Shown here: positions 47,162 through 57,397 of the stretch, piece by piece
Layout of the letters: the number at the start of each line of letters is the position of its first letter
Position numbering within the stretch: the first letter of the stretch is position 1
Source of the DNA: a candidate division WOR-3 bacterium
GTDB lineage: Bacteria > Hydrothermota > Tepidihabitantia > Tepidihabitantales > CAIPLT01
Direction of reading: 5' to 3'
DNA: 64,000 bases
Assembly: GCA_965649215.1 (NCBI GenBank)
Contig: CBFGJZ010000006.1
Coordinates: 3,108 to 67,107 of the forward strand
Translations under genes and position numbers: made by a program
Notes under the pieces: generated by a model
The model's input: the letters and a program-made list of their open reading frames with translations, nothing else
Told to the model about the DNA's origin: nothing
Database searches by the model: none

Positions 47162-49453
47162 TTAACTTCTAATTTTAATATTGAATTTGTCTTTTAAATA
47201 CTTAATAAGATATTCACAAATTCTATCAACTTCCATTTGATTTAAAGTTTTTTCATTCGATTGGAGTGTTATTCTAATCCCTAAATTCCTTGTTCCATTC
47301 GGTAAAGATGGTCCTTGAAAATAATCAAAAACTTCAATATTTTTTAGTAAATCACCAATTATGTGTTTAATATTCATTTTTAATTCTTGTACGGAATGCT
47401 CTTCTTTTATTAAGAAAGCAAAATCACGCGTAATTGCCGGAAATCGAGAAAGTTCACAATAGTAAAAATTAGCGGGTATTAGTTTTAATAATTCATTTAG
47501 GTTGTAACTTAATACATAAATATTTGTATTCAGATCAAATTTTTGTAAAATTGTTCTTTTTATTTCACCTAAAAAACCAATGCTATTACCTTTATATTTC
47601 AAACTTAGTGAATTCCCTGTCAAAAAATTGATATTTTCTTTAATATATTCTATATCGTTAAGCTTTAAATATTCAAAAAAAGAATCTGAAATTCCTTTGA
47701 TATCAAAGAAATCGTAATACACTGTTTTTATATTATCCCAGAATAATGGTGCTCTATTACCAGCAATAAGCGCTGTAAGGTTTAAACTTTCCTTAGCTTT
47801 ATCATTAACGAAAATATTGCCAATTTCAAATAATCTGATATCTATATTGCTCCGAAAGTAATTAAATTTGACGGTTTCTAATAAAGTTACTAAAAGATTT
47901 GGTCGTAATGCTGAATATCTTTCATTTAACGGATGTGGCAAATAGATGATATTTTGCTCAGTAAATAATTTTGCATTATTAGGATCGCAAAAACTAATTG
48001 TATAACATTCGTAAAAACCGAGTCCGACAAAGAAATTTTTTATTAAATGAACAATTTTATTTAACTGATCGATATGCCCAATATTTCTACAATGTAAAAC
48101 ATATTCTGAAGGAATTTTATCGTAGCCGTATAACCTTGCAATTTCTTCAATAAGATCGATATCCCTTATTAGATCAAAACGATAAGAAGGTATTTTTATA
48201 GAAAAATAATTTTTTTTCTCTTCTGATTCACAATTTAATTTATCAATAATTCGTTTAATTTGTTTTGTTCTTAAATTAGTTTTTAGTAATCGGTTTACTT
48301 TTGAGATATTAAAATTAATAGTTTTTTCATATTGTTTACTTCGGCATTCAATTTTATCTTGAATAACTATTCCGTTTCCTAAGAAAGCAATTAAATTTGT
48401 GGCTTCCTGTGATGCTCTATCTAAAATATTCGTATCAATACCCATTTCAAATCTTTGAGAAGCATCTGTCATCAATTGAATACTTTTGGCACTAATTCTA
48501 ATTGTTTGAGGATTAAAACGAGCGCATTCTAACAAGACTTTTTTTGTTTTATAAGTAATTTCAGTATCTTTTCCACCAATAATTCCAGCTAGAGCAATAG
48601 GTGACAGTTTGTCAGAAATTAATAAAACTTGCTCATTTAATAAATATTCTTTTCCATCAAGTGCGATGATTTTTTCTCCTTTTTTTGCAAATCGTACATT
48701 AATAGTACTTTCTTGAATTCTATCGAAATCGAATGCATGAAGTGGAGTACCATATTTAAGCATAATATAGTTAGTCGCGTCCACCACATTATTGATTGGT
48801 CTCAAACCAGACGCAATCAGTCTCCATTGTAAAGGAAATGGAGAATTTTGAATCTTTACATTATAAATTAAACGGGCAATATAATCAAAACATGCACTTT
48901 TATCACTAATAACTAATTGTACTTTTCTATCCAGAAAATTTATTATATTTTGGTTAATTTCAGGCTCCTTTGGTATATTTAATGATTCAGTAATTTCCTC
49001 ATAGGTAGAAAGTTCTCTCGCAATTCCTAAGATTGACAGTAAATCTCCACGGTTGGGTAATATTTCTAATTCTATAATATCGTCATCGAGATAATTTAAT
49101 ACATTAGAACCTGTTTCATATTGATTTGGTAATATATAAGGTAATGTATCTTCACTTAGACCAATTAAAGAGGGATTCAACCAGCTATTTTTTTGTGGTT
49201 TAAAAGCAATTTTGTCATTAATTCTTAAGTGATATGTGATTGTTGAAATGTTATAAGATCTCAAACCATCGAAAATAGTAACTTCATTTTTATTAATATC
49301 TTTGATTTCACAAACTACATATCCTTCTAAAATATTACCAATTCTATACCTGCTTTTTACTTCGATACCCTTTTGCGTAAACAAATTAACTATTTCTTCT
49401 GTTGTTTTTGATGTTGGAATAAATTCTTTTAACCATTTAATTGATAATTTCAT
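47162..49453 (-). CDS. pheT: Phenylalanine--tRNA ligase beta subunit
   Basis: MKLSIKWLKEF N-terminus, B3/4 and B5 regions, 763 aa. Confidence 0.85.
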   Translation of the reverse strand: MKLSIKWLKEFIPTSKTTEEIVNLFTQKGIEVKSRYRIGNILEGYVVCEIKDINKNEVTIFDGLRSYNISTITYHLRINDKIAFKPQKNSWLNPSLIGLSEDTLPYILPNQYETGSNVLNYLDDDIIELEILPNRGDLLSILGIARELSTYEEITESLNIPKEPEINQNIINFLDRKVQLVISDKSACFDYIARLIYNVKIQNSPFPLQWRLIASGLRPINNVVDATNYIMLKYGTPLHAFDFDRIQESTINVRFAKKGEKIIALDGKEYLLNEQVLLISDKLSPIALAGIIGGKDTEITYKTKKVLLECARFNPQTIRISAKSIQLMTDASQRFEMGIDTNILDRASQEATNLIAFLGNGIVIQDKIECRSKQYEKTINFNISKVNRLLKTNLRTKQIKRIIDKLNCESEEKKNYFSIKIPSYRFDLIRDIDLIEEIARLYGYDKIPSEYVLHCRNIGHIDQLNKIVHLIKNFFVGLGFYECYTISFCDPNNAKLFTEQNIIYLPHPLNERYSALRPNLLVTLLETVKFNYFRSNIDIRLFEIGNIFVNDKAKESLNLTALIAGNRAPLFWDNIKTVYYDFFDIKGISDSFFEYLKLNDIEYIKENINFLTGNSLSLKYKGNSIGFLGEIKRTILQKFDLNTNIYVLSYNLNELLKLIPANFYYCELSRFPAITRDFAFLIKEEHSVQELKMNIKHIIGDLLKNIEVFDYFQGPSLPNGTRNLGIRITLQSNEKTLNQMEVDRICEYLIKYLKDKFNIKIRS

Positions 49454-49509
49454 TTGTTTAGATTAAATATTATATTTATATTTGTCAAGATATGTTAAAG
49501 TAAAAAATC

Positions 49510-50004
49510 TTATTCTTCTGTTTGCAAAATAATTAATTTTTGATTTTTTTCAACAGTTTGGCCTATTTTTGTTAATATTTCTAAAACTTTACCATTTATA
49601 GGGCTTTTGATTTCATTTTGCATTTTCATTGCTTCTAAGATCAGTAATTGACTATTTTTACTTACTAAATCACCAACTTTTATAGGTAATTTTATTACTA
49701 ATCCTGACATTGGTGAAAAAACCGTAAAAATTTTTGGATTCTCTTTAAGAGTAATATTTTCAATTTTATCTTGATTTATTAAAACAGTTATTGGTTTTTC
49801 AAAAATACTGATTTGATATGAATTTTTTAACTTTCCTATTTTAACACTATATTTTTTGTCATTAATTATAATTGCATTTAATTCCCCATTATTATTAAAC
49901 TCAGGCATGATATCAAATGATTCATTATTTATTGATGCGCGATATCGTTTATTTGATTCCATAATCACTATATTATATTCTTTATTATCAACAGTTATTT
50001 TCAT
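49510..50004 (-). CDS. Biotin carboxyl-carrier (biotinyl-domain) protein
   Basis: C-terminal biotinylation motif EAMKMQNEI. Confidence 0.75.
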   Translation of the reverse strand: MKITVDNKEYNIVIMESNKRYRASINNESFDIMPEFNNNGELNAIIINDKKYSVKIGKLKNSYQISIFEKPITVLINQDKIENITLKENPKIFTVFSPMSGLVIKLPIKVGDLVSKNSQLLILEAMKMQNEIKSPINGKVLEILTKIGQTVEKNQKLIILQTEE

Positions 50005-50048
50005 AAGAGTTATAATTTACACTATAAATTTTAATATTTGCCTATTTA

Positions 50049-51584
50049 TTAATGAAGCCTTTCTTGCCGAGCCTGAATTTTCCATTTCGATGTGTATGAT
50101 GAATTTAATCTAATACTTTTAGGTAATTTATGATTTTCCTCAAGATAATTATATAATGCTATAGTTATCGCAGCTATTTTATTAAAATCATTACTTTCTT
50201 GGTTATAAGTATTTCTTTCTGTTTCGATGTTCTCTTCTACAATTTCACCTTTTAAAAATTTAATTGCTATTTGAGGAAATAATGTATAAGTCATTAAATC
50301 TTCTTCTTCATGTCCTCTTCGTAGGAGATGTAAAGTTTCTACCTCTTGTTTTTTTACAGATAATTCCGGTTTTAATAAGTCAGCGGGTCGACAATCTATT
50401 GGTTTTTCATTACCAATGATTATTTTTAATATGTCTTTTTTAATTGTTGCCGGAGGTCTGCCATATAAACCCAAACAATAATCTTTAACTTCTTTACTAA
50501 TTTGTGAATATCGTTTACCTGATAATACATTCAATACGGCTTGAATACCTACAATTTGACTTGTTGGAGTAACTAAAGGTGGATATCCTAAATCTTCTCT
50601 TACTCTTGGTGTTTCCGCTAATACTTCTTGGTATTTATCTAGCGCATTTTGTTCTTTTAATTGTGCATGTAAATTTGAAAGCATTCCTCCCGGAATTTGA
50701 TGAACTGCTACTGATGCATCAGTCATTTCCGCAATTGGACTAATATATTTTGAATATTTCTTCTTCATGTCTAAAAAATAATAACCAACATTGATAATCT
50801 TTTTTATGTCGAGTTTCGTATCATAAGGACTATCTTGAAGACTCACGACAATATTTTCTAATGAGGGTTGCGAACTACCACCACTAAAAACTGATACTGC
50901 AGTATCAACAATGTCCACTCCCGCTTGAATGGCAGAATAATAACTTATCAATCCCATTCCACTGGTACAATGAGTGTGTAAATTAATTGGTACTTTTATA
51001 ATTTGTTTTAAAGCTTTCACTAATTCATAAGCTATGTGTGGTGAAATCAAACCAGCCATATCCTTTATACAGATATAATCACAACCCATCAATTCTAATT
51101 GATGACCCATTTCAACAAATTTTTCAATAGTGTGAACTGGACTTGTAGTATAACAAATCGTTCCTTGTACTTCGCTACCAAGATCTTTAGCGGTTTTAAT
51201 TGCTTTTTCCATATTCCGAATATCATTTAAAGCATCAAAAATTCTAAAAATATCAATCCCATGTTTTTTAGCTAACTTTATGAAATTTTCAACGACATCA
51301 TCAGCATAATGTCGATAACCCACAAGATTTTGGCCTCTGAGTAACATTAATAATTTTGTATTAGGTAAGTGTTCCCTTAATTTATCTAATCGAAACCAAG
51401 GATCTTCTGCTAAATAACGAATACAGACATCAAAAGTTGCGCCGCCCCAAACTTCCATTGCAAAAAATCCAATTTTATCCATTTGGTCACATATTGGTAT
51501 CATATCAGAAATTCTCATCCGGGTAGCCATCAATGATTGATGCGCATCACGAAAAGTAGTATCAATAATCTTTACGGTATTCAT
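50049..51584 (-). CDS. Oxaloacetate decarboxylase alpha / pyruvate carboxylase subunit B-type carboxyltransferase (5S) without fused biotin domain
   Basis: TIM-barrel carboxyltransferase N-terminus (IIDTTFRDAHQS) and conserved core; 511 aa. Confidence 0.8.
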   Translation of the reverse strand: MNTVKIIDTTFRDAHQSLMATRMRISDMIPICDQMDKIGFFAMEVWGGATFDVCIRYLAEDPWFRLDKLREHLPNTKLLMLLRGQNLVGYRHYADDVVENFIKLAKKHGIDIFRIFDALNDIRNMEKAIKTAKDLGSEVQGTICYTTSPVHTIEKFVEMGHQLELMGCDYICIKDMAGLISPHIAYELVKALKQIIKVPINLHTHCTSGMGLISYYSAIQAGVDIVDTAVSVFSGGSSQPSLENIVVSLQDSPYDTKLDIKKIINVGYYFLDMKKKYSKYISPIAEMTDASVAVHQIPGGMLSNLHAQLKEQNALDKYQEVLAETPRVREDLGYPPLVTPTSQIVGIQAVLNVLSGKRYSQISKEVKDYCLGLYGRPPATIKKDILKIIIGNEKPIDCRPADLLKPELSVKKQEVETLHLLRRGHEEEDLMTYTLFPQIAIKFLKGEIVEENIETERNTYNQESNDFNKIAAITIALYNYLEENHKLPKSIRLNSSYTSKWKIQARQERLH

Positions 51585-51604
51585 AATTTTGTAGCTGTGA
51601 TTTT

Positions 51605-53482
51605 TTAAACCATAGGTTCTACTGTAAACAAAGGTTGTCCATATTCAACTGTTTGGCCATCTTTCGCTAATATTTCAACAATTCGACATTTTTTTTCAGC
51701 TTCAATTTCATTCATAAGTTTCATTGCTTCAATAATACATAACGTTGAACCTGCTTCTATAACATCATTAATATTAACAAAAGGTGGGGCATCGGGACGA
51801 GGGCGAGAATAAAAAGTTCCCACCATTGGTGATTTAATTTGTTCTAATGTATGTTTAGAGGAAGGAGTTTGAATTTCATTGATAACATCTGACTGTGGCT
51901 GAGATGGTGTATTAATTTTAGTAATTATTTGTGGTTCATTTGATATTTGTTGAGTAGGAACAGCATAGGTTTGATTAATTTTACGAATTTTAATTTTGTG
52001 ACCAGAGCATTCCCATTCTAATTCAGCTAAATTATGTTTCGCTGCTAATTCAATTAATTCTCTTATAACCTCCATATCATCTTTATTTTCTTGTTTCATA
52101 ATATTTTTCCCCTCATCTTGTTTTATAATTTCTAGTTTTTCTGGGTTATCTCTTGTTTCAAAAAAATTTATAGCAATTTCTGGAAATAATGCAAAAGTAA
52201 TAAAATCTTCTTCTTTTTTAATATATTTTGAATTAACTTCTTTTTTTATTTTATTTAATACTGGTTCCAATAAATTTGCTGGTCGTTGAGATATAGGCCG
52301 TTCATTACCAAGAATTTTACGTCGTATTGTATCTTTTATAGGAACTGGTGGTTTCCCATATAATCCTCGTACATAATCTTTAACTTCATTAGGAATTATT
52401 TTATATCTTTCATTAGTGAGAACATTGAATACTGCTTGTACACCAACTATTTGGCTAGTCGGAGTTACTAACGGTGGATACCCTAAGTCTTTTCGTACTT
52501 TAGGAACTTCTTCTAATACTTCTCTCAGACGATGTTCTGCATTTTGCTGTTTTAATTGAACTATAAGATTCGAAACCATTCCTCCTGGTATTTGATGAAT
52601 TGTAACCATTTCATCAATAATTTTATCATATTTTATATCACGTTTATTTTTGATTTGTTCTAAATAATTTGAGACCTCTTCGATTAAATTTTTATTCAGT
52701 TGTAATGTGTATTGGGTATTATCTAACATTGCAATTAAAGTTTCAATTGCTGGTTGAGAAGTTCCGAATGATAATGGTCCATGTGCCGTATCAACAATAT
52801 CTACTCCTGCTTCAATCGCTTTTAGATAACTAGCAACTGCCATTCCACTTGATGCATGAGTATGAAGTTGTACTGGTAATCTTATGTCCTCTTTTAAACG
52901 TTTAATCAATTCAAAAGAAATATGCGGGGCAAGAATTCCCGCCATATCTTTAATACAGATACTGTCTATTCCCAGATCAAGTTGTTTTTTAGCTATCTCT
53001 AAATAATATTCTATAGTATGAATAGGACTTATCGTGTAACATAAGGTACCTTGAGCATGCTTTTTATATTTTCTTACAAACTCTATTGCCTTTTCAATAT
53101 TACGAATGTCGTTTAAAGCATCAAAGATTCGAAAAATATCTATACCGCGTTCCACACTCTTTTCAATAAATGCTTCTAATAAATCATCAGGATAGTTCCG
53201 ATAACCGACAATATTTTGGCCACGCAACAACATCTGTAATTTCGTCTTTTTTACATATTTCTTTATTAAAGATAAACGTTCCCATGGATCTTCATATAAA
53301 TATCGCAAACACACATCAAATGTAGCTCCACCCCACATTTCCAATGACCAATAACCGATCTCGTCAATTTTTGATAAAATTGGTAATATTTCTTCTGTTT
53401 TCATTCGTGTTGCCCATAATGATTGATGAGCATCACGAAAGGTTGTATCGGTAATTTTAATTTGTTTTGATTTTGCAAGCAT
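51605..53482 (-). CDS. Paralogous carboxyltransferase (OadA/PycB-type) with fused C-terminal biotinyl domain
   Basis: ITDTTFRDAHQS N-terminus; C-terminal IEAMKLMNEI biotin motif; 625 aa. Confidence 0.8.
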   Translation of the reverse strand: MLAKSKQIKITDTTFRDAHQSLWATRMKTEEILPILSKIDEIGYWSLEMWGGATFDVCLRYLYEDPWERLSLIKKYVKKTKLQMLLRGQNIVGYRNYPDDLLEAFIEKSVERGIDIFRIFDALNDIRNIEKAIEFVRKYKKHAQGTLCYTISPIHTIEYYLEIAKKQLDLGIDSICIKDMAGILAPHISFELIKRLKEDIRLPVQLHTHASSGMAVASYLKAIEAGVDIVDTAHGPLSFGTSQPAIETLIAMLDNTQYTLQLNKNLIEEVSNYLEQIKNKRDIKYDKIIDEMVTIHQIPGGMVSNLIVQLKQQNAEHRLREVLEEVPKVRKDLGYPPLVTPTSQIVGVQAVFNVLTNERYKIIPNEVKDYVRGLYGKPPVPIKDTIRRKILGNERPISQRPANLLEPVLNKIKKEVNSKYIKKEEDFITFALFPEIAINFFETRDNPEKLEIIKQDEGKNIMKQENKDDMEVIRELIELAAKHNLAELEWECSGHKIKIRKINQTYAVPTQQISNEPQIITKINTPSQPQSDVINEIQTPSSKHTLEQIKSPMVGTFYSRPRPDAPPFVNINDVIEAGSTLCIIEAMKLMNEIEAEKKCRIVEILAKDGQTVEYGQPLFTVEPMV

Positions 53483-54848
53483 AATATTTTTGTAAATTGT
53501 AAATAATTTCTTCCATTTTTAAAGCTCGAGAGCCTTTGATAAGTATTTTATCACTTTTACATGTAATGTCAACCAATTTATTAACAATATCAGAAATAGA
53601 ATCTAATAAAAAAGTGTCTTTAACTTTATTATTTAATTTTGCTTGTTCTGCTATATAATGTGCATATTGACCAAAGGTGATAATTATATCAATACCATTA
53701 GGGAAAGTTTCACCAACTTTCTTATGTAATTCTACGCTTTTCTCTCCTAATTCAAGCATATCACCTAATACAACTATTTTCTTACCTTTAGCAGAAAAAT
53801 TGGCAAATGTTTGAAGTGCCGCAATCATCGATTGCGGGTTAGCATTATATGCATCATTAAAAATTTCAATACCATTAATATCAATCTTTTGCATTCTCAT
53901 ATCTAATAATTTAAATGATTTTAAATCATCAATGATCTTCTCCCAACTAATATTAAATATTTGAGCAACACTGATTGCGGCTAATGCATTATAAATGTTA
54001 TAGCGACCAGGAAAATTCAATCTGATTTTGTATTTATTAGATAACAAAAATTCACAGCCATTTTCACCAAAATCTTTTATATCAGTGGCATAAATATCAG
54101 CTGTATTATTAATACCGTAAGTTATTTTTTTTCTGAATTGAAAGATTTCACCGATTTCCATAACTAATGGATCATCTTTATTTAAAACTGCAATCCCTCT
54201 TGATGCAATCGATTCCAACAATTCCGCCTTTTCTTTCTGAACTCCTTGACGATTAGTTAAGTATAACAAATGACTATCACCAATGTTCGTCAAAACCCCA
54301 ATATCTGGCAAGGAAATATCACATAATCGTTTAATACCACCATACTCATTCATTTCCATCTCTAAAATCAATACTTCTGTTTTTTTATCTATTTTAAGAA
54401 CAGTTAAAGGAACACCAATATTATTATTATAACTATTTGGAACCTTAACAATATTATAACGATTCTGTAATAAGTGACTTATCATTTCTTTGGTAGTAGA
54501 TTTACCATTGCTACCTGTTATGGCAATTACCTGTGGAGAAAATTTTCTACGATAATATGCTGCTATATCACCTAATGCTTTCGTTGTATCCTGAACTAAA
54601 ATTATATTAGCTAAAGTCTGACTGGTAGAAAATAATTTACTAACTATTAACGCTTTGGCACCATTTTTAATGGCATCAACACAATAATCATGACCATCTA
54701 ATCTTTGTCCTTTAATAGCAATGAAACAATCACCATCTTTTATTTTTCTCGAATCAATTTCAATATTATTAATAATATCTTGTTTTTTACCATCTATTAA
54801 TTTTCCTTCACAAGCTTTTATTATTTCTTCTATCTTTAGTTTTTCCAT
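53457..54848 (-). CDS. murF: UDP-N-acetylmuramoyl-tripeptide--D-alanyl-D-alanine ligase MurF (start ambiguous among GTG 54872, ATG 54869 and ATG 54848)
   Basis: Mur ligase P-loop (ITGSNGKSTTKEM), central and C-terminal Mur domains. Confidence 0.8.
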   Translation of the reverse strand: MEKLKIEEIIKACEGKLIDGKKQDIINNIEIDSRKIKDGDCFIAIKGQRLDGHDYCVDAIKNGAKALIVSKLFSTSQTLANIILVQDTTKALGDIAAYYRRKFSPQVIAITGSNGKSTTKEMISHLLQNRYNIVKVPNSYNNNIGVPLTVLKIDKKTEVLILEMEMNEYGGIKRLCDISLPDIGVLTNIGDSHLLYLTNRQGVQKEKAELLESIASRGIAVLNKDDPLVMEIGEIFQFRKKITYGINNTADIYATDIKDFGENGCEFLLSNKYKIRLNFPGRYNIYNALAAISVAQIFNISWEKIIDDLKSFKLLDMRMQKIDINGIEIFNDAYNANPQSMIAALQTFANFSAKGKKIVVLGDMLELGEKSVELHKKVGETFPNGIDIIITFGQYAHYIAEQAKLNNKVKDTFLLDSISDIVNKLVDITCKSDKILIKGSRALKMEEIIYNLQKYYACKIKTN

Positions 54849-54849
54849 T

Positions 54850-55878
54850 TTAGTAGATAAACATAGCATCACCGAAACTATAAAAACGAAATTTATTTTT
54901 TATTGCATAATCATAAGCTTTGAAAATATATTCTTTCGTTGCAAAAGCTGATACTAGTAATAATAAAGTGGATTTCGGAAGATGAAAATTAGTAATTATC
55001 GCATCAACTATCTTAAATTGATAAGGAGGATATATAAATAATTTAGTATTAGTATGTGCTGGTTTAACTTGCCATACACCATCTCTTTGAATATTTGCTT
55101 GTGATTCTAATGCTCTGACAACAGTTGTACCAACTGCAATTACTCTTCTTTTATCTTTTTTAGCCATATTAATTGCTTGACTGGCTTGTACACTAATTTC
55201 AAATTCTTCTGAATACATCTTATGTTCTTCGACAATTTCAGTTAAAATTGGTCGAAAAGTACCCAAGCTCGCATGTAAAGTAATCATTTCAACAAATATT
55301 CCTTTTGCTTTGATTTTTTCAAGTAGTTTTTCTGTAAAATGTAATCCTGCTGTAGGAGATGCGATCGCACCAGGTGTCTGCGCATAGACGGTTTGATAGC
55401 GATCTAAATCAGGTATTTTTGTTTTAATATACGGAGGTAAAGCAATTTCACCCTGCTCGTTCATGATCTCAAAAGCATTTTTTCCGAAAAACTCAATAAT
55501 TCTTAGACCTGTTTCTTTATACTCGACAACTTTTGCAAAAGCGCCATTAAATTTTATGGTAGATCCCACTTTTAGTTTTTTAGCTGGTTTTGAAAGAGCT
55601 TCCCATGTGTTTTTTTTTATACTCTTTATTAAAAGTATTTCAATTTCTTGATTAGTATCTTCTAATTTACCTAAAATACGCGCAGGAATAACCTTTGTTT
55701 GATTTAGAACTAATAAATCACCAGGAATCAAATAATTAACAATATTTTCAAATATAGTTTCTAAAATCTCGCCGCTTTTTCTATTAAGTAATAACAATCT
55801 TGATTCGTCACGCTTTTCTAAAGGATATTGAGCAATTAATTCTTTAGGAAGAAAATAATCAAAGTCTTTAACTAACAT
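54850..55878 (-). CDS. queA: S-adenosylmethionine:tRNA ribosyltransferase-isomerase QueA
   Basis: N-terminal FDYFLPKELIAQYP motif, 342 aa. Confidence 0.85.
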   Translation of the reverse strand: MLVKDFDYFLPKELIAQYPLEKRDESRLLLLNRKSGEILETIFENIVNYLIPGDLLVLNQTKVIPARILGKLEDTNQEIEILLIKSIKKNTWEALSKPAKKLKVGSTIKFNGAFAKVVEYKETGLRIIEFFGKNAFEIMNEQGEIALPPYIKTKIPDLDRYQTVYAQTPGAIASPTAGLHFTEKLLEKIKAKGIFVEMITLHASLGTFRPILTEIVEEHKMYSEEFEISVQASQAINMAKKDKRRVIAVGTTVVRALESQANIQRDGVWQVKPAHTNTKLFIYPPYQFKIVDAIITNFHLPKSTLLLLVSAFATKEYIFKAYDYAIKNKFRFYSFGDAMFIY

Positions 55879-56737
55879 TATAAATAGAATAAAATTAAAA
55901 AACTAGATAGTCAAGTATATTCTATAATCGCTTTATAATTTATTTATTTTTTATTCAATTCTTAATGATTTACCGTACCCAAAACCATAATTGCCATCAT
56001 CAACATCTTGGGTGCTCCATAATAAATCATTGCGATAACTTGGGGAAAACGTATAACTAGATCATGATAAAAAAGTATTTAAATAATTTATTTTTAGATC
56101 CAACACTATAATTTCTTAATCTCTTTCTCCCCTAATAACAAAAAAATATTTATCTGACGTATTGATACCTTTTACAAATCTGTGCTCTTTAGTGTAAATT
56201 ATTATTTTATTTATTTTTCTTGCCAACCATTTTTAAAATTTATAAATCGGATATATTTCTTTTTGATTAGTTAGTAAGCATATTTTTTGGAAAAAACTGA
56301 ATTGTTATCATAAAGAAATATATTTGAATAGAGTAATATTTTATTTCATTGATAAATTCTGTTTGTATAAATCTGGATAATAAATCTTTGACAATTTATT
56401 TGTTTTGTAATTATAAAAAATTGTAAGATTATCAATATTAAAATCATAATCGGTCATCATGTCATCATATTCATAACAAGTATTGATTAAACAATAACCC
56501 TCGTTGTCGCCATTTATAGTAATTATAACTGTCACAATTAATTGCTATATTATAATAAAAGACCTATCTTCTATTACAATTTCTTCAGTAGGTGTAATTA
56601 TTACTTTTTGTGATTTTCTGCAAGTGGCATTAAGTTTTATTTATAGTAATTAAAGCCTTTATTTTAATTTAATTATAATTTTATTATTAATAAATACTAA
56701 TTGACTTTAAGATATCTCTTAAATATAATAATGAATT

Positions 56738-57397
56738 GTGAATACTGCAATTATTCTTGCGGCCGGGCAAGGTCAACGTTTTGGACGACTAAAGCAATTT
56801 ATTATCCTTAATGGAAAACCAGTTGTATATTATAGTTTATATAAATTTAGCCGTTCCTCCTGTGTTGATAATATTATTGTAGTAACTCTCAAATCAAAAA
56901 TATCTTATTTGAACAAATTAATAAAAAAATATAATTTCCCTAAAATATCAAATATTGTCTTTGGTGGTAAAACACGTCAAGACTCTGTGGCTAATGCTTT
57001 AAAACTAATATTATCAAAAGGCTATGTTGCTATTCACGACGCAGCGCGGCCTAACTTTCCCGAAGGATTTATTCAAGTCGGTTTTAAATTAGTAAAAAAG
57101 TTTAAAGCAATTATTCCAGTTATACCAATTACTGATACCATTAAAATGATTAATCATAATCAAGTGATTCAAACAATTGATCGTAAGTCATTATATTATG
57201 TTCAAACACCTCAGTTTTTTGAACTCGATTTAATAAAAAAAGCCTATGATGTTGCGGCACAAAAAAAGTACAATACAACAGACGATGCATCTTTAATTGA
57301 AAAATTAGGTTTTAAAGTATATACATTTAAAGGTACCAAATCTAATATTAAATTAACAGATTATGAAGATTTTATTTTATTAAAAAAAATTATATGA
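56738..57397 (+). CDS. ispD: 2-C-methyl-D-erythritol 4-phosphate cytidylyltransferase
   Basis: AIILAAGQGQRF P-loop-like motif, 219 aa. Confidence 0.85.
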   Translation: MNTAIILAAGQGQRFGRLKQFIILNGKPVVYYSLYKFSRSSCVDNIIVVTLKSKISYLNKLIKKYNFPKISNIVFGGKTRQDSVANALKLILSKGYVAIHDAARPNFPEGFIQVGFKLVKKFKAIIPVIPITDTIKMINHNQVIQTIDRKSLYYVQTPQFFELDLIKKAYDVAAQKKYNTTDDASLIEKLGFKVYTFKGTKSNIKLTDYEDFILLKKII

